Origin: a virus
Taxonomy: Duplodnaviria; Caudoviricetes
Virus record (IMG/VR): IMGVR_UViG_2894708747_000001
Length of the DNA stretch: 64,000 bases
Reading direction: 5' to 3' (one strand)
In this document: positions 11,301 to 19,725 of the stretch, piece after piece
How positions within the stretch are numbered: the first letter of the stretch is position 1
Layout: the number at the start of each line of letters is the position of its first letter
Translations under genes and position numbers: made by a program
The notes under the pieces: generated by a model
Seen by the model: the letters and a program-made list of their open reading frames with translations, nothing else
Databases searched by the model: none
What the model was told of the DNA's origin: nothing

Positions 11301-13691
11301 TTATGGGCCGAAGAATTTTTAGGTGGGCCTGATCCTAATGTTGTGCATGATGGTGTATTTAGAGTACGAAATGCGGATGGTACAACTAATACAGTTTATT
11401 TGAGCATTAATTTGGCGGCACCTGGAAGTATATCGTTTGAGTATGGAGCAAATCTGGGTGATTATGAAACCTTTCAGCTTTGGGATGGAGATGTTTTAAT
11501 TTGGAGCGGTGATTCTACTTCGGATAGTCACGTCACTGTTCCATTAGGCCCTGGATACCATTCTTTACGGTGGGTATACCAAGATTTAGGAGGTACGACT
11601 TATACAAAACCTCCAACTGAAGAAAATCCAGGTTCTTCTAATTTACCTGCTAAAGAAGAATGGTGGTCGGCAGGAAATCAAGTTCATCCTATAAATTATA
11701 GCTATAAGTTTAAAGAAATTTATACGCCAAGAAAAACTTATTTAAATTGGTGGGCTGGAGATGATTCACAGATATTTTATTGGAATGGTCAAGCAGTTTC
11801 ACAGGGGACAGATATTGATGGGGCGACTATAACGCGAGATATAACTACTCCTGAATATGCATCGGTTACGTTAACTGAGAGATTGAAAATTTATCCAGGG
11901 AGTAAATCTTACTATAATGAAGCAAGGTGGGAAGATGTTCCTATTACTGGAAGAGGAAATATTCTTTTATTAGCTAATGAGGGAACAACTTCGACAGGAT
12001 GTCGGCCTGCTTTTGCATCTATCTCAATTATCGGTAAAACTGAAATTCGTTTCTCTTATAATACCTTCTTAACTTATTATGATGCGGGAGTAGGGAATTT
12101 TAATTCTCGTTATCATAGTGGGCCACGTGGAGCTTTTTGTTTTTATATTATACCTTTTGATGCTATTAAACCTATAGATTTGGATTGGTTTGATACTGAT
12201 AAGTTTTATCAATATAGACGATTTATTGTTTATGACAACAGAACAAATTACTCTTATCGTACCGCTTTAGAAGGAGATGGTATATATTATCTAGTATGGG
12301 TTGTAGTAGATTTGTGGGAAGATACCAATTATGTTTATGCTAATAACGCACTATGGTATTATGGAGCCCGAATATTATCACTACAAAAGAAGGTTAATGG
12401 TTATTATGTAGAGGGATATGATGATACTTATGTAGAATTTAAAGTGGTAGATGTAGCTAAAAATGTAGTGTTAAGTCAGAAAAATTTTTCGTGGGCAGAA
12501 GGTTATATACCTGTTAGTTATACTATTGCTCCTGGTGTAGCTGTTAGAATTTATTATACTTTACGAAAAGGGAAAGGTACAGAAGGGGGTATTAATGGAA
12601 CAGGTGGAGCTTTTACATTATCGCAAGGAAGTTTTGCTGAGTATTGGGGTTCATATGGTCGAGATGTAAATGATAATTATTACAGTATTTCTCCTTACAA
12701 TGAAATTCCTGATCCTCCACCACCGATACAGGTGGGAATAAGTTCAGATGATTCATGGGTTTGGTTAGATGCTATTCGAGTGGTTGAATCTGATAGTAGT
12801 TATACCGATGCTCGTTTAGATGTTATAGTGAAAGATGATGATACAGGTGCCATAATAACGAATCATAGTTATGATGCTAATGATGCTTTAAAGCAGAGTA
12901 TCGCAGAAGAAATAGTTAATAATTCAAATAGCAAAAAGACTTATACATTAATAATGCGTTTTCGTGGCGATGGTGGAGTTTATTTAAATAAAGGTGGCTT
13001 TACTATTACTGAAACAAAACCCGTGCCACCTAGTTATGCTAAATTTTGCAATGTAAAAGTGGTGCAAAGAGTTCCTATTTGGATGGGTGGCCCTGATGGA
13101 AGTAAGTTGCATGTAACTATCTATGATGAAGCGACCAATGCTGTGGTAGATAGTTGGACAACTGATTATAATGGAATATCGGATTATCCTTCTAGGTATT
13201 CTAATTTTACTCTTTCGCCATACTCTAATTATAGAGTGGAAGTAGTAACTGAACAACATGGTACAGTTAGTTCAGTGACAGGAAAAAAGTATTTAACTAC
13301 TTTCTATGTTCATGAATTTAAAGCAATAGAAAACTGGACTCATGTACCGAATACGTTTAGTTCAAAATTAGAATTTTATATTGATGGGATTTTGAAAGCA
13401 GTTCATGAACAATCAGGAGGTTACTATACGGTTTCTTTTCCTGTAACGAAAGGTAAGCATGAATTTAAATGGGTGTTTGTAGGGGGTAGTTCAGAAAGAA
13501 ATTGGGATTATGCCCAACTAGATTGGATAAGATTGACGAATTGGATATGTGATCGTGTTTATTTGGTGCCTTATTGTGAGCCTGGGGGTGGCGATAAGTG
13601 TATTGAAGCGTTAATAAGATGTTTGCTTAGTGTAGTTCAAAACAGGCCCCAGGGTTGTGTAGTTGGAAAGCGAATATGGTTGTTCACATAG
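8385..13691 (+). CDS. Large virion adhesin/fibre protein with about 10 beta-sandwich modules, several apparently nested
   Basis: Recurring G.I.F.Y / L.F.I(D/N)G / V.PG.H.F.W / W(V/L)D.IR motifs; tail-operon context. Confidence 0.75.
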   Translation: MSKTFGILTEGQKDVMFANMGAALINNDAINNPGNPVGPNFPRAIGRLPGYQNPILGDPGRGRIGRWQFVKYDSLQNVIDQVIEHYVENKDWYSRVRCREALWNMYRRLEWWVRQQVDPSKNDYQRALLYIKDCIAKILDPGEMELKEVFEEYFNDQNNISSQVVTSPGWEWEDLWTTYNGGSGDGVMIVRNKEGAYTLDVTGISLPRGGKVLFEYGGAFKGNDKIELIVNGKSMWTGNTSTRTARGIDVEVELPPNTSELKWVYTCGFSLEEHFGWVDSIRIFSNEYAYGADFSTELDAGLTYSDGWYDDKGAATVTVAPSTTETITKSFAFLSKGYVIFSFAASLGAGGRIYLKIDGDEVWSYSQTGGSDLSFRDVRINVAPGFHDFEWGVVGGSVPSTVRIKNIEMVELVSNEEITKMTPYCPAPYFHYFDADYFNHFDGSIIERPTFDMRTLPLSNDFPAFFRWVSSTEDQEWVVVHSVGANEQAGTENILKLDLGILSFGNSSKITFNWRFKQRGFIRFKYLASVDKGNGLVFFINGEQVGGEWSQSNDWQEVSFNVYPGQTYKFDWLVRKQSAKDWGYNAVYIKDIECVETIRTADPPTPPDFDTLGTKALEDGRYEWVTYSKQSVVRSRMGGDQPLEEARVRKLVFNLDNECDGEISYSYKLDTETPFPEHTQENIFSDNFQTPNQHGESVHGSSVDAQYDSNWVLNGEESTATADGAKIVYKIKVAPEATLDLHGIFELEPPDRVIDHYEEQLVPVAFSGSSRWVADGSCYTINNITAGIWSMSTSVNMPNDGYFEFDFSHDLRPTEKFRVVVNGIVVLDSKGLRAGDHIRINLKAGNNQIEFKIIDSYTEQPLHEDYSVTYNYGNYSSGEPQHFVTQLGNKVELTRYWDVGDGRAYTNRDGDYIIYNISLNPGAKFSLHENAIFHTAPVYEGEGREIFREDFNIRGGVHSPAISFSGHWEWVDLWAEEFLGGPDPNVVHDGVFRVRNADGTTNTVYLSINLAAPGSISFEYGANLGDYETFQLWDGDVLIWSGDSTSDSHVTVPLGPGYHSLRWVYQDLGGTTYTKPPTEENPGSSNLPAKEEWWSAGNQVHPINYSYKFKEIYTPRKTYLNWWAGDDSQIFYWNGQAVSQGTDIDGATITRDITTPEYASVTLTERLKIYPGSKSYYNEARWEDVPITGRGNILLLANEGTTSTGCRPAFASISIIGKTEIRFSYNTFLTYYDAGVGNFNSRYHSGPRGAFCFYIIPFDAIKPIDLDWFDTDKFYQYRRFIVYDNRTNYSYRTALEGDGIYYLVWVVVDLWEDTNYVYANNALWYYGARILSLQKKVNGYYVEGYDDTYVEFKVVDVAKNVVLSQKNFSWAEGYIPVSYTIAPGVAVRIYYTLRKGKGTEGGINGTGGAFTLSQGSFAEYWGSYGRDVNDNYYSISPYNEIPDPPPPIQVGISSDDSWVWLDAIRVVESDSSYTDARLDVIVKDDDTGAIITNHSYDANDALKQSIAEEIVNNSNSKKTYTLIMRFRGDGGVYLNKGGFTITETKPVPPSYAKFCNVKVVQRVPIWMGGPDGSKLHVTIYDEATNAVVDSWTTDYNGISDYPSRYSNFTLSPYSNYRVEVVTEQHGTVSSVTGKKYLTTFYVHEFKAIENWTHVPNTFSSKLEFYIDGILKAVHEQSGGYYTVSFPVTKGKHEFKWVFVGGSSERNWDYAQLDWIRLTNWICDRVYLVPYCEPGGGDKCIEALIRCLLSVVQNRPQGCVVGKRIWLFT

Positions 13692-13704
13692 GGTGGTGAG
13701 CTAA

Positions 13705-14841
13705 GTGGCATTGATGGTTTTAAAGCAAAAAGGATTAATTTATGAGGATGATTTTACTAATACATCTTTAGATGCTAGTTGGGAGGTAAATCCTAATGAT
13801 TTAAGTCGTTATTCTTTAACAGAGGTTGGGGGGTCGCTCCGATTAAAGCATGGGGTTGACCCCGTATATTTATTTTTTACTCCTTTAACTAACATACCTC
13901 AATTTGTTTTTGATATGAAGAATATTTATAACCCTACTATTGACGGTGATGTGGGTGGATTAGTGGTGTATGCCGATACTATGGATTATATTTCTTTAGA
14001 AGAATATTATGATGCTGTTTTAGGGGTAACTAAAACTTATCCTTGGTTACGTTTGGTAAGAGAATATAATATTTATCAGGCTTATTGGTCTGAAGATGGG
14101 TATATCTGGAATTTTATTGGTACCCAGCAAATTGATAGAGAAGCACCTAAAATTGGTTGTTTTTTAAGGGGGACTGAGGGTGAACCTTTAGATATTGATT
14201 ATATCCGTATATGTTCTAGTATTTATTTTACGGTTTCTGATCTTGTGGAGGGAACGCGGGTAGATTTATTAGATACGAACAATAATATTCTCGAAACTAG
14301 AGTTTGTCCAAAAGGTAGTACCAGAGTAGTTTTTAATTTAGTTAAATACGGAATCCCTTTTCCTTGTAAGTTTCAAATTACTACTGCTAATGGGGATATT
14401 TTTATTGATGATACGGTTTATACAGTGTGGGGTGGGGATGAGTATGCGTTTAAGCCATCTCCTTTAGATCTCTATTATATAAATGCTCAAGGTATGGAGG
14501 TTAAGATAGATCCTGGTTTAGAAGAGTTTTTAGGGTATCTTAATTCAGGTGGTTATCTTTACAAAGATATAAAAATGTTGGCAAAAAATAGTATGATGCA
14601 CGGTGAAGTAAGTAATATTACTGTAAAAGTTATTAGTTATAAAGATCCTGATGATTATCTTTTAGTCCAAGTAGCAAATGATGTAAATGGGATTCCTGAT
14701 CAGTTTGGGGAACAAATAAATCTTCCTAATATAGGGGCAGGGGGAACGGCTATTTTTTGGTTACGTGTTAATAGACCGTCTGATGAGACAGGCTCAGAGA
14801 TTTATTTTGGTTTGGATGTAGGTTCTGCTTATAGTTATTAG
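13705..14841 (+). CDS. Virion protein with an N-terminal concanavalin-like (beta-xylosidase C-terminal-like) domain
   Basis: YEDDF..LDASW and WLRLVRE.NIYQAYWSEDG..W motifs. Confidence 0.6.
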   Translation: MALMVLKQKGLIYEDDFTNTSLDASWEVNPNDLSRYSLTEVGGSLRLKHGVDPVYLFFTPLTNIPQFVFDMKNIYNPTIDGDVGGLVVYADTMDYISLEEYYDAVLGVTKTYPWLRLVREYNIYQAYWSEDGYIWNFIGTQQIDREAPKIGCFLRGTEGEPLDIDYIRICSSIYFTVSDLVEGTRVDLLDTNNNILETRVCPKGSTRVVFNLVKYGIPFPCKFQITTANGDIFIDDTVYTVWGGDEYAFKPSPLDLYYINAQGMEVKIDPGLEEFLGYLNSGGYLYKDIKMLAKNSMMHGEVSNITVKVISYKDPDDYLLVQVANDVNGIPDQFGEQINLPNIGAGGTAIFWLRVNRPSDETGSEIYFGLDVGSAYSY

Positions 14842-14855
14842 AGAGGTGTTGTAAC

Positions 14856-15728
14856 ATGAGTTGGGCAACTTATGAGGTATCAGAGAAAGAATTTAAAGAT
14901 TTAGTAGAATACGGGATACCCATTAAAGTACCAGTGGATGTTTTAGAGGCTAATTGTGGTGTAGAGGTACGAACTATTAGGGGAGGTTTTATAAACGCGA
15001 TTTATGATGCGAATTTAGGAGCTATAAGAAAATTAAATAGTTATAACCCCATTTATAAGGAAATACCTAACAGGGAATTAATGTTATATAATGATTATCT
15101 TCAAAATGAGAAGATAACAACGATTGTAGTAGACGGCTTTTTTGGAACAGGGAAAACGGCTACAGTATGTTCACATCTTGTTCCTGGTCTATTGGCTGAG
15201 TTGGAGGGTGGTAAAGGTATTCCTGTTGCTTATCTAACAAAACCTCACGAAAGCCTGGGCCGCACTTATGGACACTTACCTGGAAATTTAGCAGAAAAGT
15301 CTAAAGAAGAGTTTACGTCTTTTTTTCAGTATTTTGAGCGGTTTGGGCACCCCTTTTTAGTAGAAAGACTAACAGGAGAAGATGGTTCTGGTTGTAGATT
15401 ACTGAATATTATGGTATTTGAATATTTGCGGGGGCGGGATATAGATAGAGGTTGGATTATTCTTGATGAGGCACAAAATACAGATCGTAAAGAAATGGTT
15501 TCTTTTATTAGTCGGGTGGGAGATGGCGCAAAGTTGATAATTCTTGGAGATTCTACCGCTACGCAAATTGATAAACGAAATAATGACAGTGAAAATAATG
15601 GATTAAGTTTTGCTAAAGAGATTTTTAGAGGTAAAAAATATGCAGGAATAGTGACTTTACAAAGTACGAAACATATTTTACGGGGTCAGCGAGTAAGAGA
15701 TGTTTATTTAGCTCTTCGCAATAGTTAG
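14856..15728 (+). CDS. phoH: PhoH-family ATPase
   Basis: GFFGTGKT, GHLPG.L.EK, EYLRGR, IILDEAQN, SRVG..AKLIILGD..QID. Confidence 0.9.
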   Translation: MSWATYEVSEKEFKDLVEYGIPIKVPVDVLEANCGVEVRTIRGGFINAIYDANLGAIRKLNSYNPIYKEIPNRELMLYNDYLQNEKITTIVVDGFFGTGKTATVCSHLVPGLLAELEGGKGIPVAYLTKPHESLGRTYGHLPGNLAEKSKEEFTSFFQYFERFGHPFLVERLTGEDGSGCRLLNIMVFEYLRGRDIDRGWIILDEAQNTDRKEMVSFISRVGDGAKLIILGDSTATQIDKRNNDSENNGLSFAKEIFRGKKYAGIVTLQSTKHILRGQRVRDVYLALRNS

Positions 15729-15736
15729 GGGGATGA

Positions 15737-16696
15737 GTGATGGCAGTTAGATTTAGTCGTCAGGGGACTAATACAAATATACAAGATCATAATGAGTTAC
15801 TAAATCGAGGGATTAGAACTCATGAGGAAATAGACCAGTATCTAGCGGAAATAGATGCGGCTAGGGGAAGTTATGCTTCTTTAAAAGAAAGGCTGGATTT
15901 TATTGAAGGTGCTGTATACCCTGTAATACAACATATCATCGTTGATGAAACTTATTTGTCTCAAAACGATGGGTTAACTATAACGATTAACCCTCCATAT
16001 ATTGTGGGTAAAAATTATTTAGATGTCTTTTATAATGGTCAGTTTTTACGAGCTGGCGGCGGGTATGAGGAAGTCGATAACTTTACTATTAAATTAAATT
16101 TAGGTGTAGGAGATGCTGGCCAGCCGATAACCTTGGCCGTGGGGGATGAAATAGTTATTAGGAATTGGGCCAGTAGTTATCCTGCGACAGGGGGTATGGG
16201 GGTTTATGAAAACCTTAAATTATTAAGTTTGGAAGATGAAATTGAAAAGGCCCGCCAATATCAATCTGCTGATATTAGTTACACATCATTAGATGAACGG
16301 TTGGATTACTTGCAAGCTAAAGCAGAAGCTAGTAATGAAAGGGTTATTGTTTTTGTTATTCCTGGTAGGATTTCAGCAGGGGAGCAAAAGGTGGAAATAA
16401 GATTTCCTTTTAATGGGGTAATAACAGGAGTGACTGCTTCTTGTCGGGTGCCAGGGAGCACTCCTTCAACTATTCAGGTAGAGAAAATATCAGAAGCAGA
16501 TTATGATAATAATCTCAATAGTTGGGTAAATATATTGTCGCAGGCTTTAACTTTACCTTCTGGTAAGAAGATTAGTAGTTATGATTATGTAATAGGAATA
16601 AACCAAGTGACGCAGGGTGATTATTTTCGTTTGAATATAATAGAGGTAGGAAACGGTATTGAAGATTTGACTGTAGAAATAATTATTAACTGTTAA
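15737..16696 (+). CDS. Virion/baseplate-associated protein
   Basis: Repeated EI..AR....SL.ERLD motif; LDVFYNGQFL...YEEV small beta domain. Confidence 0.6.
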   Translation: MMAVRFSRQGTNTNIQDHNELLNRGIRTHEEIDQYLAEIDAARGSYASLKERLDFIEGAVYPVIQHIIVDETYLSQNDGLTITINPPYIVGKNYLDVFYNGQFLRAGGGYEEVDNFTIKLNLGVGDAGQPITLAVGDEIVIRNWASSYPATGGMGVYENLKLLSLEDEIEKARQYQSADISYTSLDERLDYLQAKAEASNERVIVFVIPGRISAGEQKVEIRFPFNGVITGVTASCRVPGSTPSTIQVEKISEADYDNNLNSWVNILSQALTLPSGKKISSYDYVIGINQVTQGDYFRLNIIEVGNGIEDLTVEIIINC

Positions 16697-16745
16697 TAAG
16701 TGTCTATACTAGTGTTGTATAAATTAGGAAGGGAAGGTGAAAATA

Positions 16746-17972
16746 ATGGCTGGTACTCAAGGTATTGCAACTATTCGCGGCGAGCAAATTCGGGCTAAAA
16801 CTTTACGAGATAGCCATTTTGATGAGAACTTTAAGATCAATGAGAACAAGATAGATATTCAGTGGTTAAATCATAAAGAAATCCTAGAAGCCACAAAGGT
16901 TGATGTATTTGTTCAGATTAATAATAAGGATGTTTCTAATTTAAGTGAGATTGATCTTACGCTTGATATTGGTTCGCGCCCCATAGCTACCGATCTTCAG
17001 ACAGAGGGTGTTGTATTAGATCAGAAAGTTGTAATTAGGAAAGCAGGGACGGAAGATACAGCTATTCTTGATGCTGATGGTGATCGTGTCTACGGTCGTT
17101 TGGAGTATGATGCGGTTAATAATAAATTTATTTTGAAATTCTATAGTATGGTTGGAGGTACGGAAACGGCCTTCACCATGCCCGCTAATACTAGCATTGA
17201 CTTGAAGTATGTTTTACGGACTAACCTTTCCATAATTCCCGTCGATGCTATCTTGAACGGTGGGTCAGGGTTTATAGAAGGTGCTACCGATGCTAAGGCT
17301 TATATGAATCTTCAACAGTTAATGAAGGATCTTTATGGGCCTAGCGGGACTTTAGATAATGACGGTAATGCGAACTTGGTAAAGTCGGTAGTACAGCAGA
17401 TTGCTGATGAAGTTACCGCCCGCCAGGAAGCTGATCAGGCTATTAGGGATGATCTTGCGGCTACAACGGGGGCAGGTATGGTTGGGGTTATTACTGATCC
17501 CAATTATACTGGATTGAATGTTCAGCAAGTATTGTCTGATTTAGCTTCTCGGATTAAGGGTATAGAGACAGGTAGTAGTACAGAAGTAATAGATACCCAT
17601 ACTAGGGATGCTAATTCGGCTAATGGTTATTTTGTTGCAAAAACTGTGTCCTCTTTAGAGGAGCGGTTGGTAGATATTGAAACTGTAGCCGATGCCCAAT
17701 TTAAAGATAATGCTACACGGTTGATGAAACTGGAAACTGAAGATGATCGTTATGCTTATGAGGCTACGGGTGGGGAAATGAGTGTAAACTTACCTAGCGG
17801 TAAAAAAGCTAAACCCAATACTTTGTTTATGTCTTTAAATGGTGCTTTGCAGGCTCCTGGTATTAACTATGAAGAAATTAAAGATGTTGATCAAAATATT
17901 ATAGGAGTGAATTTTGCGCCTCAGACATTAAATGCTGGCGATGTAGTAATGATGTGGTGGAAAAACGTTTAA
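16746..17972 (+). CDS. Virion structural protein
   Basis: AGGTGA RBS favours ATG 16746; coiled region, SLEERL motif and C-terminal LNGALQ.PG.NYEE domain. Confidence 0.6.
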   Translation: MAGTQGIATIRGEQIRAKTLRDSHFDENFKINENKIDIQWLNHKEILEATKVDVFVQINNKDVSNLSEIDLTLDIGSRPIATDLQTEGVVLDQKVVIRKAGTEDTAILDADGDRVYGRLEYDAVNNKFILKFYSMVGGTETAFTMPANTSIDLKYVLRTNLSIIPVDAILNGGSGFIEGATDAKAYMNLQQLMKDLYGPSGTLDNDGNANLVKSVVQQIADEVTARQEADQAIRDDLAATTGAGMVGVITDPNYTGLNVQQVLSDLASRIKGIETGSSTEVIDTHTRDANSANGYFVAKTVSSLEERLVDIETVADAQFKDNATRLMKLETEDDRYAYEATGGEMSVNLPSGKKAKPNTLFMSLNGALQAPGINYEEIKDVDQNIIGVNFAPQTLNAGDVVMMWWKNV

Positions 17973-17985
17973 AATTGTTTTTGAT

Positions 17986-18011
17986 GGCCCCCTAAAGAGG
18001 GGGCTTATTTT
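17986..18011 (+). terminator. Rho-independent terminator
   Basis: GCCCCCT-AAAG-AGGGGGC followed by TTATTTT. Confidence 0.75.
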
Positions 18012-18061
18012 CTTTAGTCTATACTAATCCTAGATCTTAATCCTAGGAAGGAGTGTTATTA

Positions 18062-18580
18062 ATGCCATCACCGATTGTTTCTTGGTATAGCCGTGATAAT
18101 ACTACGCAAATTACCAAGTGGGATATAGGGACTGTGGATGCAGGCTCTATTTCTGCTGATTTTGGAGTTTTAATCTGGAATAATCGCGGAGGTACTACAG
18201 ATGTTTCAGATATGCAGGATTGTACTATTACTACTAAAGATAGTCTGGGCGGAAATTCGGGTGAGTTAGTTGTTAATAAGTGGATAGAGGTAAAAGTAGA
18301 CACCTTAAACGAAACTACATTTACTCCTATAGGAGGAAATACGACTCATCCTATTAGAACTACAGGCAGTACCACTAATGCTGATGGTACTTTTACGCCT
18401 GGGGTAGCCCCCCATATTAGTGATACTGGTAGTGTAGATATTTTAGGGGTTAAAAATGATGGTACAAAAACTAATGCGGCTGGCAATTTTGTAGAGGTTA
18501 CACTTCATGCTAATGTACCTTCGACCGCTAGTGCAGGGGTAGTTAATTTCTTAACTCGTGTAGCGTATAAGTATGTGTAA
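18062..18580 (+). CDS. Virion structural protein
   Basis: AAGGAG RBS; Thr/Gly-rich beta protein beginning MPSPIVSW. Confidence 0.6.
   Translation: MPSPIVSWYSRDNTTQITKWDIGTVDAGSISADFGVLIWNNRGGTTDVSDMQDCTITTKDSLGGNSGELVVNKWIEVKVDTLNETTFTPIGGNTTHPIRTTGSTTNADGTFTPGVAPHISDTGSVDILGVKNDGTKTNAAGNFVEVTLHANVPSTASAGVVNFLTRVAYKYV
18542..18569 (+). promoter_or_regulatory. Putative phage promoter GTTAA-N17-CGTATA for the methyltransferase
   Basis: Matches the recurring motif; lies inside the 3' end of the upstream gene, about 45 nt before ATG 18614. Confidence 0.55.
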
Positions 18581-18613
18581 TATAAATACTCCAATACAAT
18601 GGGGGTAATATAA

Positions 18614-19042
18614 ATGGGAATAAATAAAGGACTTTTTTCTTCGGCTTCAGATGAATGGGAAACTCCTCAAGAACTTTTTGATCAGCTTAATGAGGAGTTT
18701 CATTTTGATCTTGATCCCTGTGCCACCCCCCAAAATGCTAAATGTGCCCAATTTTTTACTAAGAAGGAAAATGGATTAAAGCAGGATTGGTTTGGAACTG
18801 TTTTTATGAATCCCCCTTATGGGCGTGAAATTAAGCAATGGGTACAGAAGGCGTATGAAGAAGCGGAGAAGGGGTGTACTGTGGTGTGTCTATTACCAGC
18901 CAGGACGGATACATCTTGGTTTCACGATTATTGTTTAAAAGGAGAGATCCGCTTTCTTCGGGGACGGTTGAAGTTTGGTAGTGCAAAAAATAGCGCACCT
19001 TTTCCTAGTATGATTGTAATTTTTAGGAAGAAAGCGGCTTAG
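18614..19042 (+). CDS. Phage DNA N6-adenine methyltransferase (Dam-like family)
   Basis: DEWETP, FDLDPCA, FMNPPY, LPARTDT.WF, RGRLKF, APFPS. Confidence 0.9.
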   Translation: MGINKGLFSSASDEWETPQELFDQLNEEFHFDLDPCATPQNAKCAQFFTKKENGLKQDWFGTVFMNPPYGREIKQWVQKAYEEAEKGCTVVCLLPARTDTSWFHDYCLKGEIRFLRGRLKFGSAKNSAPFPSMIVIFRKKAA

Positions 19043-19059
19043 GAATGTCGCTTTCTTTT
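19030..19059 (+). terminator. Rho-independent terminator
   Basis: GAAAGCGGC/GTCGCTTTC stem followed by TTTT. Confidence 0.65.
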
Positions 19060-19081
19060 CATTCTCTGAGGGGGTTTTAGG

Positions 19082-19678
19082 ATGAGTATTTTTAATGGGC
19101 GGCGGGTTAGTCCTGTTAGTCAGGATTTTATTTGGGTAGCAGAGTATGCAGACGGTAGTAATATCGCAGAATTTGATTTACTAACCCGAAAGGAAAATAG
19201 TTTTTATAGTATTCAGCGTGATAAATTAATTCGTTTTGGTTTAATTGGACATGGTATGGGATTATATTATGAAGTGCCTGGAGGAATTTTTAAGTTAAAT
19301 GGTCGTATGATCGAATTAATTTATAAAACGAAGGTAAGAGAATATTATTTAACAGGCCACTCCAAAATGTATAATGATATTATTACTTACAAGGATGCGG
19401 AAGCGGTTTTGAAGTTAGACGGAACGACACAAAGTAATATTACACAATTTAATTTTGGTTATAAGCAAGAATTGGAGTTTGAGGATGGGCTAAAATTTAA
19501 TTTGCGGGTGTTATGTAAAATTCCTTATAACCGACCTGTTTATATGAATATCAGGTTGGTAGCTAATAAAGAGATATGTGGTTTTTTACACATTAAAAGA
19601 AACGGTTTGGTGTGTGACGTATTTGAAGCCCCCCTTCGTAAGGGAGTAGGTGGCGAATTAAATTGGGTAGTAAGGTAA
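19082..19678 (+). CDS. Hypothetical phage protein
   Basis: 198 aa with GAGGGG RBS. Confidence 0.6.
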   Translation: MSIFNGRRVSPVSQDFIWVAEYADGSNIAEFDLLTRKENSFYSIQRDKLIRFGLIGHGMGLYYEVPGGIFKLNGRMIELIYKTKVREYYLTGHSKMYNDIITYKDAEAVLKLDGTTQSNITQFNFGYKQELEFEDGLKFNLRVLCKIPYNRPVYMNIRLVANKEICGFLHIKRNGLVCDVFEAPLRKGVGGELNWVVR

Positions 19679-19725
19679 ATTGCGAGGGGATGGGGCGGGG
19701 TTCCAATACAATGGAAGTGATATAA

